Of a stretch of DNA of 47,400 nt, positions 1 to 11,947 are shown in pieces. This DNA is from Macrostomum lignano. Taxonomy: Eukaryota. The stretch is taken from the NCBI GenBank assembly GCA_002269645.1, contig NIVC01003574.1, forward strand, positions 42,998 through 90,397, read 5' to 3'. A model generated the notes under the pieces. The model saw nothing but the letters and a program-made list of their open reading frames with translations, had not been told where the DNA came from and made no database searches. The position numbers and the translations under genes are program-made. Position 1 is the first letter of the stretch, and the number at the start of each line of letters is the position of its first letter.

Positions 1-512
1 GGACTGGATAATCTTGTCAGCCCGCGTACAGAGAAAGGAGGACCTGGAGAGACACCCAGCCCGGAGTCAAGCAGCAGTAAAAGTTTGTTAGATAAGAGAC
101 GAGTTCGAAGAGCGGAGGGGAGAAGTTCGACATGAAACTGGGGGGGGGGCTCGGCGGCTAATTGAGTTTCTGATGCGGAGAAAGTCAGGTTTTTGCCCGA
201 ACGCTGAACTGACTGAACGGGCAAACACGGCAATAGGATCGCTCCCATTGGCTCGCACGAAATTCCGCTCGTGTTCGCCCTGCCACTTGGTTTTAAATAC
301 TTCCTTCCCTGATTGACCGAACGCGAAGTGAATCTCGATCGCTTATCAGCTTTGCAGGCTCGGATTTCATCACTTTGAAAGCTCCTTTCTCTTCGGGACA
401 GTTGCCGACGCCTTGTCAGCCAGCACGACGGCTCCCCAGCTCCTGTCGGAATCCCAATAATCTGCAACTCCCTGCGCGCCTGGAGACTAACGATCCGTCG
501 GGCGTTTTTCTG

Positions 513-515
<3 letters not shown>

Positions 516-546
<31 letters not shown>
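516..546. repeat. (CT)n microsatellite
   Basis: About 15 CT units read directly from the sequence. Confidence 0.95.
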
Positions 547-549
<3 letters not shown>

Positions 550-664
550 CCTCTCGCGGTGCAGCCAGTCCAATCTGGGACTAGCGGCTGTCCTCTCGCA
601 TCCTCCTGTCGGGTTGTAGAAAAGCCAGACGCAGCCTGAAGCAAGACTGATCGCCTATATGGTC

Positions 665-2925
665 ATGGCTTCGTCTGGCTCCATAGCGTCCTGCGCTGAC
701 TTGGAGCAGATTGTCCTCACCATGCCGCCGCCGCCTCACAACAGCGGGCCCGGCGGCTTCTACTATACGGCAGCGGCAACGACACCGACTGGGATTCAGT
801 TGCTATGGACCAGTTCGAGCCTGAAGTGATCGACTATTTCAACATGACAGCCGCTCAACAGTTGGAACAGGCCTTCCAAATGGCCTCCATGGAGTTGGGA
901 AATTTCTCCCAAGAATGCCGGCTGTTGTTCTTCCGCGACCCGGCCGAGTTCTACAGGAAGTGCATCACCCTGCACTTCTACGGCATCTTCCTGTACAGCT
1001 TCATCGTTGACACGGTCATCGTTGGCACACTGTGCGTTGTCGGACTGCTGGGCAATCTGCTGACCTTTGTTGTCCTCAGCAACGATCGCAGCCACATGGG
1101 CACCAACTTCCTGCTGCGGTGCTTGTGCGCTGCGGACAGCGTGTTCCTCACCGAGTGCTTCCTGTACTCCAGCCTCCGGAGCGTGTACCCATCACGGGCT
1201 GGTTGAAGGCTTATTATCACTATTTCCCTACATCATCCAGTGGCTGTGGGGCGCCGCTATGACCACCCAGATGTTGGTGAACTGGTTCGTTGTCCTGGTC
1301 ACCGCGAGCGGTACACGGTCGTCTGCCGGCCGTTCCAGGCCTCCACCTGGTGCAGCCAGCGGAGGGTCCGCCTGCTGGCGCCGGCACCCTGGCCTACTGC
1401 GTGCTGTTCAACCTGCCACGCTACTTCGAGTGGACGGTGCAGCCTTCCAGCATGGGCCTGCTGAGCGTCCCCTGCTTCAACTACACCCGCTACTCAGCCC
1501 AGGACAGCTGGCTGCGGCAGAACCTGGCCTACAGCATCGTGTACCGCAGCCTGCTGTACACCACGCAGGTGGTGGTCCTGCCCATCGCCGCCATCGTGTT
1601 CCTGAACATCCGCCTCATCTCCACGCTGAAGGCCGCCCGCAGGGAGCGCTACGAGATGCAGAGCCCGGTGCGCAGCAACAGCCGGTCGCTTCTGTCAGCC
1701 GCGCACTGCAGCGGCGCCAATCAGCATGGAGTCGCCGCAGCTCACGCCATGCCGGAGTCGCCGCAGCTGAAGTGCATCACCGAGGGCCAGCACCGGAGCA
1801 TCACCCTCACCATCGTGGTGATTTGCTCCGTGTTCATCATCTGCGAGACGCCCGGCATGGTGCACAACATTCTGGCCAGCCATCATCGCAGCGAAACCAT
1901 GGCCAGCTGGTCCGTGTTTGTTTACACCGTAACCATTAGCAACGCCCTGATGGTGGCCAAGAGCAGCTCAAATTTCGTTATCTATTGCTGCTGCGGCAGG
2001 AAGTTCCGCTACATCCTGCGCCGCCTGCTGGCCAGGTGGTGGCGCCGGCTGCGAAGAAGCCGCTGCTGCCTGCCTAAGCTGGGCGAGGCTGGCGGGAAGC
2101 AGCGGGGACTGCGGGAGAGGCGGCAGGTGAGACAAGGGTGGGGTCGCTGAGGGCACACTGTAGGGGGGTCACTGAGGGCACACTGAGGGCACACTGAGGG
2201 CACACTGTAGGGGGGGTCACTGAGGCACACTGTAGGGGGTCACTGGGGGCACACTGTAGGGGGGTCACTGAGGGCACACTGTAGGGGGGTCACTGGGGCA
2301 CACTGTAGGGGGGTCACTGAGGGCACACTGAAGGGGGGTCACTGGGGGCACACTGTAGGGGGGTCACTGAGGGCACACTGTAGGGGGGTCACTGAGGGCA
2401 CACTGTAGGGGGTCACTGAGGGCACACTGTAGGGGGGTCACTGAGGGCACACTGTAGGGGGGTCACTTGGGGCACACTGTAGGGGGGGTCACTGAGGGCA
2501 CACTGTAGGGGGGGTCACTGAGGGCACACTGAGAGGGAGAATTGTTTCCGAAGTCACTATTTTGACACTTCTCGAATCATCAGCTCCAGCAGGCGGCCGT
2601 CTGCAGCGACTCAGACGCGGCCGCCGCTGCTGCCGCCGCCGCAGCCGCTGCCGCCGCGGCTGCCGCTGCTGCCGCCGCTGCTTCTGCATCGTCGGCCGAG
2701 CGCGAGATGGTGCGCATCCGGCTGGAGTCGGGCGCGGCGCTGCGCCAGCCTGGCGCCGATCACCAGCCCGGCGTCGAGGAGGATGAGGCCGCGGAGGAGA
2801 TGCAGAACCTGCTGGCCGGCCGCGCGCCGACTGGGTGGAGGCCAACGCCTACGCCGCTATGCTGGAGGAGGCGCGCAGCGGGGGCAGCAGCGGCAGCGAC
2901 TGCGAGCCCAGGCCAGTGCCGCTGA
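665..2925 (+). CDS. Rhodopsin-family (class A) neuropeptide GPCR, FMRFamide-receptor-like; frameshifted in this sequence; 2 exons (~665/805-2126, 2593-2925)
   Basis: TM motifs lie in successive frames: GLLGNLLTFVVL (TM1), LCAADSVFL (TM2), VT[A]ERYTVVCRP (E/DRY), LFNLPRYFE (TM4), VVLPIAAIVFLNIRLI (TM5), SVFIICETP (TM6), SSSNFVIYC (TM7). Four 1-bp deletions (~1189, ~1227, ~1305, ~1379) join the frames. A possible fifth deletion near 790 would extend the start to ATG 665. Phase-0 donor CAG|GTGAGA at 2127 and acceptor CAG|GCG at 2592/2593 give an in-frame poly-Ala last exon ending TGA 2925. Confidence 0.8.
2148..2533. repeat. ~26-bp minisatellite (CACTGAGGGCACACTGTAGGGGGGGT) inside the GPCR intron
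   Basis: Tandem units with variable G-run length, lying between donor 2127 and acceptor 2592. Confidence 0.9.
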
Positions 2926-2991
2926 TTCTCGACGACGACTGAGAGACTGGCGGATTCCGGGCGGGCTGCGTATTGCGGGTGAGTGAAGCCC

Positions 2992-3170
2992 TGACCCAGA
3001 TCTGACCCAGTTCTGACCCAGATCTGACCCAGACCTGACCCACATCTGATCCAGTCCTTATCCAGACCTGACCCAGATCTGACCCAGTCCTGACCCAGTC
3101 TTGATCTAGACCTGACCCAGTCCTGACCCATACCTGACCCGGATCTGACCCACATCTGACTCAGCCTCAA
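2992..3170. repeat. 11-bp minisatellite (CTGACCCAGAT)
   Basis: About 15 diverged tandem units. Confidence 0.9.
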
Positions 3171-3856
3171 CCGAACCTCGACCAGGTCTTAACTCAGCCT
3201 TGACCCAGTCTCAGCAGTGTCGCAACTCAACCTCGCGTTCTGAATCCGCCCCGACCCTGTGACTTTGCGATGTTCCGTAACAACTGATTAGAACGATAAA
3301 ATGTTGCTTTCGGCCAAAATTATAAAACCTGCATTCTACCTGCATAAACTCTAGAATTTTTTTTCGAGTCAGCTGATTTCCTAGGCCTTTTATTCACCTA
3401 ATCGCCCTAATCCTTAATTGCTCTTCATCTCTCACACCTGGCTGCCCACGAGAAGCCTCCACGTCATGCGTAGAAAGCAATTTTCTTAAAATTAAAAGCA
3501 ACGCTGACCCCCATATTTGGCGACCTAGCCTAGGAAGAGTAGGAAAGGCAAGGAGGGACAGGTGGGCGGAGGTGCTGCGGCTGATAAATCAGCTCTCAGT
3601 GCCCTTATGCCCGAAGCCGTGTAATTGATGGAAAAGTCAGCAAATTGATGCAACAGGAGCAGCCTGAGTTGCCGAGCAGCCCGGGTCACGCGGGCGCACC
3701 CGATTGAAAAACGACCAGTCAGCTTACCTGTGGAGGGGGATTTAAAAATGGATTTATGATTGATGAAGTGGCTGAAATTGCACTGCTCAAAGCAAATTTT
3801 TTTAGGCAATTAGACTGGGGCAACATCTTCAGCATCACACAGTTTCACAATTTCTG

Positions 3857-3870
3857 CTTGTCTGTCTGCC

Positions 3871-3953
<83 letters not shown>

Positions 3954-3986
3954 GTGTCTGTCTGTGTGTCTGTCTGTCTGTCTGTG

Positions 3987-4021
<35 letters not shown>

Positions 4022-4064
4022 GTCTGTCTGTCTGTCTGTGTGTCTGTCTGTGTGTCTGTCTGTG

Positions 4065-4135
<71 letters not shown>

Positions 4136-4672
4136 GTCTGTCTGTCTCAGTGTCTGTGTCAGTGTCTGTCTCTGTCTGTCTGTGTCAGTGTCTGTCTCAG
4201 TGTCTGTCTCAGTGTCTGTCTCTGTCTGTCTGTGTCAGTGTCTGTCTCAGTGTCTGTCTCAGTGTCTATCTCATTGTCTGTGTCAGTGTCTGTCTCAGTG
4301 TCTGTCTCAGTGTCTGTCTCAGTGTCTGTCTCAGTGTCTGTCTCAGTGTCTGTCTCAGTGTCTGTCTCAGTGTCTGTCTCAGTGTCTGTCTCAGTGTCTG
4401 TCTCAGTGTCTGTCTCAGTGTCTGTCTCAGTGTCTGTCTCAGTGTCTGTCTCATTGTCTGTCTCAGTGTCTGTCTCAGTGTCTGTCTCTGTCTGTCTGTG
4501 TCAGTGTCTGTCTCAGTGTCTGTCTCAGTGTCTATCTCATTGTCTGTGTCAGTGTCTGTCTCAGTGTCTGTCTCAGTGTCTGTCTCAGTGTCTGTCTCAG
4601 TGTCTGTCTCAGTGTCTGTCTCAGTGTCTGTCTCATTGTCTGTGTCAGTGTCTGTCTCAGTGTCTGTCTCAT
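3857..4672. repeat. Compound (TCTG)n microsatellite grading into a 12-bp (TCTCAGTGTCTG)n array
   Basis: Read directly; explains the LSVC/SQCL ORFs. Confidence 0.95.
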
Positions 4673-4854
4673 TATTCATCTGCTTTTTCAATTTTAGACC
4701 GAAGTTCCAGCGGCCTGACGGCAAACCCGGGCGCCGCTCATTACACTCTACAACTGCTGCGATATTGACAGTGTGGACTATGTAGATAGACAGAGAAAAG
4801 GGGAATCGAAATTGCGTCTGAATGCATAGGGTTGGGACATAGACTAAAAATTCA

Positions 4855-5037
4855 GGCTGACAATCTGTGACAGTGCACGCTTCCGTGACAGTGCACGATT
4901 CTGTGACAGTGCGCGCTTCTGTGACAGTGCACGATTCTGTGACAGTGCGCGCTTCTGTGACAGTGCACGATTCTGTGACAGTGCACGATTCTGTGACAGT
5001 GCACGCTTCTGTGACAGTGCACGATTCTGTGACAGTG
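4855..5037. repeat. 18-bp minisatellite (CTGTGACAGTGCACGATT)
   Basis: About 10 tandem units. Confidence 0.92.
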
Positions 5038-5567
5038 TAAAAGTGTAAACCATATTTTTGGGATGAAATTTCAATTTTTTAAATTCCCAATGTTTAGCTA
5101 TGATTGAAAAAAGCAAATTACAGCTGAGAGAATTATTCATAATGAATTGGTTTTCACTTTTGAATAATTAACAAATTTTCGTCAACATATATTAATGCCC
5201 ATATTTATTGCTTTATCTGACTAGTGGATCTGTCTGTAGACTGCTGTAGGCCATAGTTATCATTGCATCAACATGATTGCTCAGAAATATTTATTCTCAC
5301 ACAAACTTTTCTAGCGCTGTTTTGATTTGTAAAACAGAGCTGCACTATCCAGAAAATTAATTTCTTTTTTTGAATAATTTGAAGCGCCTCAGCATCTGGC
5401 TTGGAGTGATGCTGATTTTCAAGCCTGTTCATCATGTAGCATGCATAACTGATTTTGTTTTGTAGCACCTTGAATAAATATTTTGCCTAGGTTCCATTTT
5501 GCTGGCTTTATCAGACTGCAGAATTCGCTGGATTTGTGTCCGGATTGATTTACTTGCTTATTGAGGA

Positions 5568-6393
5568 CCAACACCTGTCTTTAAGTCCCAAAACCTGTCT
5601 TTAAGTCCCAACACCTGTCTAAGTCCCAACACCTGTCTCTTAGTCCCAACACCTGTCTAAGTCCCAACACCTGTCTTTAAGTCCCAACACCTGTCTCTTA
5701 GTACCAACACCTGTCTCTTAGTCCCAACACCTGTCTCTTAGTACCAACACCTGTCTCTTAATACCAACACCTGTCTTTAAGTATCAACACGTGTATCTTA
5801 GTACCAACACCTGTCTTTAAGTCCCAACACGTGTCTCTTAGTCCCAACACCTGTCTGTTAGTCTCCACACTTGTCTCTTAGTCCCAACACCTGTCTCTTA
5901 GTTCCAACACCTGTCTGTTAGTCTCCACACTTGTCTCTTAGTCCCAACACGTGTATCTTAGTCCCAACACCTGTCTCTTAGTCCCAACACCTGTCTGTTA
6001 GTCTCCACACTTGTCTCTTAGTCACAACACCTGTCTCTTAGTACCAACACCTGTCTGTTAGTCTCCACACTTGTCTCTTAGTCCCAACACCTGTCTCTTA
6101 GTTCCAACACCTGTCTGTTAGTCTCCACACTTGTCTCTTAGTCCCAACACGTGTATCTTAGTCCCAACACCTGTCTCTTAGTCCCAACACCTGTCTGTTA
6201 GTCTCCACACTTGTCTCTTAGTCCCAACACCTGTCTCTTAGTCCCAACACCTGTCTCTTAGTCCCAACACCTGTCTCTTAGTCCCAACACCTGTCTCTTA
6301 GTCCCAACACCTGTCTCTTAGTCCCAGCACCTGTCTCTTAGTCACAACACCTGTCTCTTAGTCACAAAACCTGTCTCTTAGTCCCAACACCTA
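5568..6393. repeat. 20-bp minisatellite (AGTCCCAACACCTGTCTCTT)
   Basis: About 41 tandem units with recurring variants. Confidence 0.95.
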
Positions 6394-6913
6394 ACCAGAT
6401 TATAAACTAGCTGGTTACTTATATATACTATTTCAGGCGATTCGGTGCATTGCATATATATGTATGCAAGAGGCATAGATGCGAGCCTAATTCCGTGGAC
6501 ACGCAAAATGCAGTTTAATCAAATGAGAATACTTGGCGGTTCACCTGTCATAAAAACACTCCAACGACTAACTCATACTTCTGTGTTTAATGAATCTCAC
6601 CATCACTTCTGTGCTAGAAAGTATCTGCAAATATGGAATACGAGTTTTCTTATCTCTGTTGAAAACTTGTCAGCAGGTCATATAAGCTGACAAAGCCGCT
6701 TATTTTAGAGCAGTTTTTTTCTCTATTTAGCCAGAACAAAGCGTTTATTGTCCAGCTGAAAAGGCGGTTCGACCAAACCCTCCAACTAAGCTCTCTGGTT
6801 CGCCGTTTTGTTGTCAACTCGGGCTGAGCGGCTGCCTCAAAGAGTGGGGGCGCTGCAGCCACTTGACTGCTTTGAGTCTGAGCTTTGAGCTTGCCGAAAC
6901 TGCGCTGAGGTTT

Positions 6914-7581
6914 ACTGACTGACTGACTGACTGACTGACTGACTGACTGACTGACTGACTGACTGACTGACTGACTGACTGACTGACTGACTGACTGACT
7001 GACTGACTGACTGACTGACTGACTGACTGACTGACTGACTGACTGACTGACTGACTGACTGACTGACTGACTGACTGACTGACTGACTGACTGACTGACT
7101 GACTGACTGACTGACTGACTGACTGACTGACTGACTGACTGACTGACTGACTGACTGACTGACTGACTGACTGACTGACTGACTGACTGACTGACTGACT
7201 GACTGACTGACTGACTGACTGACTGACTGACTGACTGACTGACTGACTGACTGACTGACTGACTGACTGACTGACTGACTGACTGATTGACTGACTGACT
7301 GACTGACTGACTGACTGACTGACTGACTGACTGACTGACTGACTGACTGACTGACTGACTGACTGACTGACTGACTGACTGACTGACTGACTGACTGACT
7401 GACTGACTGACTGACTGACTGACTGACTGACTGACTGACTGACTGACTGACTGACTGACTGACTGACTGACTGACTGACTGACTGACTGACTGACTGACT
7501 GACTGACTGACTGACTGACTGACTGACTGACTGACTGACTGACTGACTGACTGACTGACTGACTGACTGACTGACTGACTG
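6914..7581. repeat. (ACTG)n microsatellite
   Basis: Near-perfect array of about 167 units. Confidence 0.98.
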
Positions 7582-8532
7582 AAGAAAAGCGAAGCGGTGA
7601 CAATTTAGGAGTGTTAGAGAGGCCTATTGGCTACTCATATTTGGCTCTCTGTTGTTTTGACTTGCCAAGGAAAGAAAAAATACTTGAAAAAGGGTGTTAT
7701 ACTCTTTTCTCTCCCCCCGCCCTCACCTGCTGGACCAGCCCACATCCGCGCAGATTCTCAGCTCCAACTTTTCCTGCCATCTGCACGCGAACGAGTTCAC
7801 GCAGTTGAAATATGCTAGATAGAGTAACCCAGCTCTGTAAGCAAGGGTTATTTAAGAGCCACCTGCGGGCTCTGCACTGCCTCCATTGAGCTGAAGTGTG
7901 CCAAGATACAGTGCCAGCCACTTACACACGCGCAGCAGCATGGTGTGTGTGCATGTGTGCAGAAGCAGCGCTTTTTTGGCAGACAAAAATGGCATTGCTC
8001 GTTTGAAAAGAATTGGTAGAGCTGCGAGGCTCTTTGGCTGAGCAGTAAGTGAGAGAGAGAAAAAGAGAGTCGAGAGATAGAGGCACAAAATTGGTTTGGC
8101 TTCCTAACCCAGCAGAGTAAGAGAGGCCATATGTACTTGCTGCACCCGCCCAGATACTTGCTGGGCAAGGGAGAGGCCGGGCGTGTTGTGGGTGGGTGGC
8201 AGGGGCGAAGACCCACTGCATTTTTTCAGTTCGTCTCGGCTTCGCCTGCGACTCTGTGCAGCCAACAGCGGCCACAGCTGAGAGAGCCTCCTTCCTGCCG
8301 TTCCATCTCTCCGAGGAAGAGAATAGCAGCAGAGCAGGGCTAGGAATAAAGTTGAGAGACAGAGCAATACAGGCAGGAATAGCCTAGCTGTGGAACTGCA
8401 GTGCCCGGCAGCTGATTTCGCAGTCAAATTGTTTGCCAAAGGACCAACCCGAATGCTCTGTGACTGCCGCTGCCGATAGAGTTCAACAAAACTGGCCCGC
8501 CCGCCCTGGGTGAGAACTGTTCAGGCAAAGCA

Positions 8533-10350
8533 TTGAGTGGCGAGTCCGTACAGACGGGCGGCGGCCGCCCGCAGGATCAGCAGGAGCAGCAGGAGCAGCA
8601 GGAGCAGGAGCAGCAGGAGCAGCAGCAGGAGCAGCAGCAGGAGCAGCAGGAGCAGCAGGAGCAGCAGGAGCAGCAGCAGCAGGAGCAGCAGAAGCAGCAG
8701 CCGTCTGCCAGTAAAACGATGGCGACATTCCAGCCCCAGTCGAGATTTCCTCTTCCTCGCGAAGCGGCAGCGGCGGCATCGGTGGCAGCCCACGACACCA
8801 TCGGGAGGCTGAGCCGCAGTCTGGCCAGGATGAACGCCGAGGCGAAGGCGAAGAGGCGGCAAGACGGGCCGAAGAAGTCCAAGAAGACGCCGGAGCGGCT
8901 GAAAAGCGCCGCCAAGACTCTGCCGAGCAGCGGCAACCGCGGCTGCCATCCGGGCCGGCCGGGCTGCCAGCCGGTGATCATCCACCTTCCTGACGAGCTC
9001 TTCGATGATCCCAGCAGCGGAGATGAAGATGATGATGATGAAGAAGACGAGATCAGCAGCAGCAGCAGCAGCGACGGCGAAGAGGCGGAGAACGGCGAGG
9101 AGGACGAGGACGCGGCTGAAGAGCGGGAGCGGCGCCGGCTTTTCCGCCTGCTGCTGCCGCAGCCCCTGAAGCGTAACGGCCGGCTGACGCTGAAGGTCGA
9201 CGATCCCAACTTGCGCAACCTGCTGCAGAGCATCACGGACCGCTTCGAGCCCGGCCAGCCGGATATGCTGGACCGCGTCATCGCCATGTTCAACTCCGGC
9301 CGCTGCCTGGGCCCGGAGGGCGAGGCCCAGATGCGTCGCCTTCGCGTGCAGCAGCGTCGGAGACTGCGGCGCCGGTTACGACGATCCGTCGATCCCAACT
9401 GGTCGCCCGACCGGCGGCTCATGAGCATGGCGGAGTGCTTCCGCAGTCTCGGCCGGATACTGGGCGGCGAGAGCGTCGAGGGCGGCGAGGGCGGCGAGAG
9501 CGGCGAGGCTGGAAGGGCCTCGGTGAACGGTTTGCCGTCGCTCGACTCGGCAGAAGAATTGACGACTTCTCCGCCAACGTCGATGCAGCAGCTGCCGCAG
9601 GACACCACCGACGGCGACTATCCTGACGAAGGCCTGGCGATCGCCTCGCCCTCGCCGACAATGTCGCCATCGCCTCCGGAGTCTCCCTCGCCGCCGCAGC
9701 AGCAGCCGGCAGGCGAGTTGCGCCTTGAGATCACGGAGGAATCGCTAGCGAGGCTGAGCAGCCTGACGCCAGCGGCTGAGGGCCACTTCCGCCGCGTCCT
9801 GATGAGCGCCCTGCGAGTTCCGGCGACCCGCTACTGCCTGTCCGAGGCCGAGCCGCCGCCGGAGCGCCGCTGGCTGCGGCACTGCGCCCGACAGTCGCTC
9901 TCCCGACTCCAATGGGACCGTCGGCTAGCCGAATCCGTCAGCGAGATGCTTCAACGCCGCCTGTCCGCGGTGCTCTACGACCCCGAGGTTTGCTCCCGGC
10001 TGACGAGCCTGCTGGCCAGCGACCTGCTCGAGCTGGTCACGCACGAGCTCGGCGCCGAGTTCAAGGTGGTCGGCCTGCTCAGCATCGGCAGCGTCACGGA
10101 GATCGACAGGATGGCGATAGTCACCAGATCTGCTCACAGCGACGGCGTCGACTGCTGCCGGGCGTTCCACTATCAGAACGAGTCGGTGTTCGCCCTGTTC
10201 ACCTGCCACCTGTTCCAGCGCTTCGACCGACCGACTCTGTCCGAGGCGCCGCTGGACATCGACGATCCGGCCGAGACGGCGGAGTCGCAGCCGGACCGAG
10301 CCGATGCGCCGCTGAGCGACACCTACGGCCAGTTTGGTGACACCGGCTGA
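8533..10350 (+). CDS. Large intronless Tctex-1 (dynein light chain) domain protein; likely ATG at 8719
   Basis: 605-codon GC-rich ORF. The C-terminus VSEMLQRRLSAVLYDPEVCSRLTSLLASDLL...FKVVGLLSIG...HYQNESVFALFTCH matches the Tctex-1 fold pattern (YDP..C..L, K..V...IG, Y.NESLFA). The first in-frame ATG (8719) follows a CAG/GAG repeat. Confidence 0.75.
   Translation: MSGESVQTGGGRPQDQQEQQEQQEQEQQEQQQEQQQEQQEQQEQQEQQQQEQQKQQPSASKTMATFQPQSRFPLPREAAAAASVAAHDTIGRLSRSLARMNAEAKAKRRQDGPKKSKKTPERLKSAAKTLPSSGNRGCHPGRPGCQPVIIHLPDELFDDPSSGDEDDDDEEDEISSSSSSDGEEAENGEEDEDAAEERERRRLFRLLLPQPLKRNGRLTLKVDDPNLRNLLQSITDRFEPGQPDMLDRVIAMFNSGRCLGPEGEAQMRRLRVQQRRRLRRRLRRSVDPNWSPDRRLMSMAECFRSLGRILGGESVEGGEGGESGEAGRASVNGLPSLDSAEELTTSPPTSMQQLPQDTTDGDYPDEGLAIASPSPTMSPSPPESPSPPQQQPAGELRLEITEESLARLSSLTPAAEGHFRRVLMSALRVPATRYCLSEAEPPPERRWLRHCARQSLSRLQWDRRLAESVSEMLQRRLSAVLYDPEVCSRLTSLLASDLLELVTHELGAEFKVVGLLSIGSVTEIDRMAIVTRSAHSDGVDCCRAFHYQNESVFALFTCHLFQRFDRPTLSEAPLDIDDPAETAESQPDRADAPLSDTYGQFGDTG
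8578..8700 (+). repeat. CAG/GAG trinucleotide-rich repeat (GAGCAGCAG)
   Basis: Read directly; poly-Q/E if translated, but it lies upstream of the first ATG. Confidence 0.9.
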
Positions 10351-10477
10351 GCTGATGAGACACCTGCTTTTCAGTGACGCGTGCAGTTGTGTCAGGCAAC
10401 CAACTCTACAGTGGAGGCTTCTCAATATCTCACTGCTTTGGGGCAATGCAACCTCTGCTGCAAAGGGGTCTGCAACG

Positions 10478-11000
10478 AGATCCTGGGAAGGACCCCTTTT
10501 TGGGGAAGATCCTGGGAAGGACCCCTTTTTGGGGAAGATCCTGGGAAGGACCCCTTTTGGTGAAGATCCTGGGAAGGACCCCTTTTGGGGAAGATCCTGG
10601 AAAGGACTCCGTTTGGGGAAGATCCTGGAAAGGACTCCTTTTGGGGAAGATCCTGGAAAGGACTCCGTTTGGGGAAGATCCTGGAAAGGACTCCTTTTGG
10701 GGAAGATCCTGGAAAGGACTCCTTTTGGGGAAGATCCTGGGAAGGACTCCTTTTGGGGAAGATCCTAGAAAGGACCCCGTTTTGGGGAAGATCCTGGAAA
10801 GGACGCCTTTTTGGGGAAGATCCTGGGAAGGACCCTTTTGGTGAAGATCCTGGGAAGGACCCCTTTTGGGGAAGATCCTGGGAAGAACCCTTTTTGGGGA
10901 AGATCCTAGGAAGGACCACTTTTGTGGAAGATCCTGGGAGGGACCCCTTTTGGGGAAGATCCTGGAAAGGACCCCTTTTGGAGAAGATCCTGGGAAAGAT
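10478..11000. repeat. 28-30-bp minisatellite (TTTTGGGGAAGATCCTGGGAAGGACCCC)
   Basis: About 18 units with internal dyad symmetry. Confidence 0.95.
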
Positions 11001-11552
11001 CCAGGTTAAGTACCCGAGGCTAGACGTTAACCCAAGAAAGAATTGAGTCGGTGAAAGATTTCTCAAAGTTCGCCAATGGTTGAGTTTGGTTTGCAACAGC
11101 TGATTCGCTCCGTCCAAATTGTAAAACTACTCAAACTGATTAAAATGCATACCAATAGAAAATAACCATAGCCCTGGTGGCAACTCTGCATTGGCCTCAT
11201 CAACCTGCTTCCTAGCCTCCTCAAATCAGATTATGAATACCGTATTGCATACGCCGTACAAGTACTCGTAGAAATGAGGCAACCTCAGGATAAATTTTGC
11301 TCATTTTTTTGTCAGATTTCGCATGCGAATTGACGCTGCATCGTGCACTGCTCTCAACTATAGTCACTGTAGGGTAAAATTGACATTCCTATCACTGTTG
11401 GGGGCTCTCATTTCCGCACCTCAAAACTGTTTTGAGCACGGAATCTGCGTACACGGTAGCTGCTTTGTTTTTCTTACTTTTTTGCTTTCATTTCAAACTT
11501 GTGTTCAAATATATTTCTTTGTTGCGATTCTATATTTTTCCTGTATGATAAC

Positions 11553-11725
11553 TCATAGCTGCTCATGGCTGCTCATGGCTGCTCATAGCTGCTCATAGCT
11601 GCTCATAGCTGCTCATAAGCTGCTCATGACTGCTCATAGCTGCTCATAGCTGCTCATAGGTGCTCATAAGCTGCTCATGACTGCTCATAGCTGCTCATAG
11701 CTGCTCAAAGCTGCTCATAGCTGCT
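11553..11725. repeat. 10-bp minisatellite (GCTGCTCATA)
   Basis: About 17 tandem units. Confidence 0.92.
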
Positions 11726-11947
11726 CAATTCTCAGATTTTGTAATAATAATTGCGTCCTCAGTTTGAAATTGTGCGCCTTGATTTTTGGCACAGTATTTA
11801 AACAAAGAGTGACAATAAGGAAGTGCAGCGCAATGGACCGCCCGCTCCGATCGGATCGCTTGATTGGAATATTTTCTACTTTTAAATATTTTTTCGTACC
11901 TCCACCGAAAATCAGGGCCAGAATTAATACTAGAGATTAGAAAGTCA

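Noticed and set aside
3756-4785. Long ORFs (LSVC/SQCL/TETD repeats)
   Set aside because: Stop-free translations of micro/minisatellites; no coding signal.
6650-7603. 317-aa SVSQ ORF
   Set aside because: Artefact of (ACTG)n.
8577-9670. Antisense 343-aa and other overlapping ORFs
   Set aside because: Shadow ORFs of a GC-rich, CAG-rich sense CDS.
10334-11117. Several 144-231-aa ORFs and a CRISPR-like look (palindromic ~29-bp repeats)
   Set aside because: Units are contiguous with no unique spacers, there are no cas genes and the context is eukaryotic; it is a minisatellite.
11188-11198. TGGCAACTCTG, resembling a hAT right terminus
   Set aside because: No matching left terminus or TSD found in the window.
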